This document shows, in pieces, positions 60,873-64,000 of a stretch of DNA of 64,000 nucleotides (its first letter is position 1; each line of letters opens with the position of its first letter). Under the pieces are notes generated by a model. It made no database searches and was not told the DNA's origin. It worked only from the letters and a program-made list of their open reading frames with translations. The DNA is taken from assembly GCF_009914755.1 (NCBI RefSeq), contig NC_060931.1. One strand, given 5' to 3'. The position numbers were made by a program, and so were the translations under genes. This DNA comes from the human T2T-CHM13v2.0 reference genome, Homo sapiens.

Positions 60873-63800
60873 TTTCTTCCTTTCATGCTAGACTAAGAAG
60901 AGTTCTCAGTAACTTTTTTGTGTTGTGTGTATTCAACTCACAGAGTTGAACCTTGCTTTAGAGAGAGCAGATTTGAAACACTCTTGCTGTGGCATTTTCA
61001 GGTGGAGATTTCAAGCGATTTGAGGACAATTGCAGAAAAGGAAATATCTTCGTATAATAACCAGACAGAATCATTCTCAGAAAGTGCTTTGTGATGTGTG
61101 CGTTCAACTCACAGAGTTTAACCTTTCTTTTCATAGAGGAGTTTGGAAACACACTGTTTGTAAAGTCTGCAAGTGGATACATGGACCTGTTTGAGGCCTT
61201 CGTTGGAAACGGGATTTCTTCATTGAATGCTAGACGGAAGAATTCTCAGTAAATTCTTTGTGTTGTGTGCATTCAACTCACAGAGTGGAACGTCCCTTTA
61301 GACAGAGCAGATTTGAAACACTCTTTTTGCGGAATTTGCAAGTGGAGATTTCTAGCCATTTGATGCCAACAGTAGAAAGGGAAATATCTTCAAATAAAAA
61401 CCAGACAGAATCATTCTCAGAAAATTCTTTGTGATGTGTGCGTTCAACTCACATAGTTTAACCTTTCTTTTCATAGAGCAGTTTGGAAACACTCTGTTTG
61501 TAAAGTCTGCAAGTGGATATATGGACCGCATTGAGGCCTTCGTTGGAAACGGGATTTCTTCATTTCATGCTAGACAGAAGAATTCTCAGTAACTTCTTTG
61601 TGCTGTGTGTATTCAACTCACAGAGTGGAACGTCCCTTTGCACAGAGCAGATTTGAAACACTCTTTTTGTGGAGTTTGCCAGTGGAGATTTCAAGCGATT
61701 TGATGCCAACAGTAGAAAAGGAAATATCTTCAAATAAAAACTAGACAGAATCATTCTCAGAAACTACTTTGTGATGTGTGCCTTCAACTCACAGAGTTCA
61801 ACCTTTCTTTTCTTAGAGCAGTTTAGAAACACTCTGCTTGTTATGTCTGCAAGTGGATATTTGGACCTCTTTGAGGCCTTCGTTGCAAACGGGGTTTCTT
61901 CCTTTCATGCTAGACTAAGAAGAGTTCTCAGTAACTTTTTTGTGTTGTGTGTATTCAACTCACAGAGTTGAACCTTGCTTTAGAGAGAGCAGATTTGAAA
62001 CACTCTTGTTGTGGCATTTTCAGGTGGAGATTTCAAGCGATTTGAGGACAATTGCAGAAAAGGAAATATCTTCGTATAATAACCAGACAGAATCATTCTC
62101 AGAAAGTGCTTTGTGATGTGTGCGTTCAACTCACAGAGTTTAACCTTTCTTTTCATAGAGGAGTTTGGAAACACACTGTTTGTAAAGTCTGCAAGTGGAT
62201 ACATGGACCTGTTTGAGGCCTTCGTTGGAAACGGGATTTCTTCATTGAATGCTAGACGGAAGAATTCTCAGTAAATTCTTTGTGTTGTGTGCATTCAACT
62301 CACAGAGTGGAACGTCCCTTTAGACAGAGCAGATTTGAAACACTCTTTTTGCGGAATTTGCAAGTGGAGATTTCTAGCCATTTGATGCCAACAGTAGAAA
62401 GGGAAATATCTTCAAATAAAAACCAGACAGAATCATTCTCAGAAAATTCTTTGTGATGTGTGCGTTCAACTCACATAGTTTAACCTTTCTTTTCATAGAG
62501 CAGTTTGGAAACACTCTGTTTGTAAAGTCTGCAAGTGGATATATGGACCGCATTGAGGCCTTCGTTGGAAACGGGATTTCTTCATTTCATGCTAGACAGA
62601 AGAATTCTCAGTAACTTCTTTGTGCTGTGTATATTCAACTCACAGAGTGGAACGTCCCTTTGCACAGAGGAGATTTGAAACACTCTTTTTCTGGAGTTTG
62701 CAAGTGGAGATTTCAAGCGATTTGATGCCAACAGTAGAAAAGGAAATATCTTCAAATAAAAACTAGACAGAATCATTCTCAGAAACTACTTTGTGATGTG
62801 TGCCTTCAACTCACAGAGTTCAACCTTTCTTTTCTTAGAGCAGTTTAGAAACACTCTGCTTGTTATGTCTGCAAGTGGATATTTGGACCTCTTTGAGGCC
62901 TTCGTTGCAAACGGGGTTTCTTCCTTTCATGCTAGACTAAGAAGAGTTCTCAGTAACTTTTTTGTGTTGTGTGTATTCAACTCACAGAGTTGAACCTTGC
63001 TTTAGAGAGAGCAGATTTGAAACACTCTTGCTGTGGCATTTTCAGGTGGAGATTTCAAGCGATTTGAGGACAATTGCAGAAAAGGAAATATCTTCGTATA
63101 ATAACCAGACAGAATCATTCTCAGAAAGTGCTTTGTGATGTGTGCGTTCAACTCACAGAGTTTAACCTTTCTTTTCATAGAGGAGTTTGGAAACACACTG
63201 TTTGTAAAGTCTGCAAGTGGATATATGGACCTGTTTGAGGCCTTCGTTGGAAACGGGATTTCTTCATTGAATGCTAGACGGAAGAATTCTCAGTAAATTC
63301 TTTGTGTTGTGTGCATTCAACTCACAGAGTGGAACGTCCCTTTAGACAGAGCAGATTTGAAACCCTCTTTTTGCGGAATTTGCAAGTGGAGATTTCTAGC
63401 CATTTGATGCCAACAGTAGAAAGGGAAATATCTTCAAATAAAAACCAGACAGAATCATTCTCAGAAAATTCTTTGTGATGTGTGCGTTCAACTCACATAG
63501 TTTAACCTTTCTTTTCATAGAGCAGTTTGGAAACACTCTGTTTGTAAAGTCTGCAAGTGGATATATGGACCGCATTGAGGCCTTCGTTGGAAACGGGATT
63601 TCTTCATTTCATGCTAGACAGAAGAATTCTCAGTAACTTCTTTGTGCTGTGTGTATTCAACTCACAGAGTGGAACGTCCCTTTGCACAGAGCAGATTTGA
63701 AACACTCTTTTTGTGGAGTTTGCAAGTGGAGATTTCAAGCGATTTGATGCCAACAGTAGAAAAGGAAATATCTTCAAATAAAAACTAGACAGAATCATTC

Positions 63801-64000
63801 TCAGAAACTACTTTGTGATGTGTGCCTTCAACTCACAGAGTTCAACCTTTCTTTTCTTAGAGCAGTTTAGAAACACTCTGCTTGTTATGTCTGCAAGTGG
63901 ATATTTGGACCTCTTTGAGGCCTTCGTTGCAAACGGGGTTTCTTCCTTTCATGCTAGACTAAGAAGAGTTCTCAGTAACTTTTTTGTGTTGTGTGTATTC

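Larger units (their letters stand above)
1..64000 (+). repeat. Centromeric alpha-satellite higher-order repeat array (SF1, 6-mer 1022-bp HOR, ~63 copies; probably human chr7 D7Z1)
   Basis: ~170-bp monomers with alphoid hallmarks (CATTCTCAGAAA, TTTGTGATGTGTG, TTCAACTCACAGAG, TTTGAAACACTCT, CTGCAAGTGGA). The landmark GTGATGTGTGCCTTC recurs at 805, 1827, 2849 ... 63815 (63 copies; period 1022 except at indels). Alpha-satellite identity is secure; the D7Z1 assignment is inferred from the 6-mer/1022-bp size and EcoRI dimer+tetramer pattern. Confidence 0.98.

Noticed and set aside
805-63798. Recurring 63-90 aa ORFs on both strands (MMCAFNSQ..., MILSSFYL..., MYPLADFT...)
   Set aside because: They are translations of satellite monomers repeating with the HOR period, often with GTG starts, made and broken by random SNVs and indels, with no recognisable domain.
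1-64000. CRISPR-like array of regularly spaced conserved motifs
   Set aside because: The intervening sequence is itself repeated; there are no unique spacers or cas genes.
1-64000. Transposon insertion (L1/Alu), inversion or array edge
   Set aside because: The landmark spacing accounts for all bases, orientation never flips, and there is no poly-A tail or non-alphoid sequence.
1-64000. A previously undescribed protein- or RNA-based system
   Set aside because: Nothing in the sequence supports one; all structure is explained by alpha-satellite HOR organisation and its turnover.

Overview
The whole 64 kb is one uninterrupted, single-orientation array of primate (most likely human) centromeric alpha-satellite DNA. 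It is built from a 1022-bp six-monomer higher-order repeat (HOR; monomers 169/171/169/171/171/171 bp, i.e. dimers of 340+340+342 bp) repeated about 63 times. CENP-B-box (B-type) and pJalpha-type (A-type) monomers alternate, which is the suprachromosomal family 1 (J1/J2 dimeric) organisation. The 1022-bp period and EcoRI cuts giving 340 and 682 bp fragments best match the chromosome 7 active array D7Z1 (inference, no search run). I see no genes, RNA genes, transposons, inversions or CRISPR; all listed ORFs are repeat artefacts. I found no new gene-based system. The informative signal is the variant record between HOR copies: one in-register 340-bp deletion (4-mer variant HOR), all indels confined to about 22-32 kb, nested 2-, 4- and 6-HOR duplications, regional marker domains, recombinant haplotypes, three tri-allelic sites, two broken CENP-B boxes and an apparently transversion-rich spectrum. 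All variants were read by eye and need alignment to confirm.
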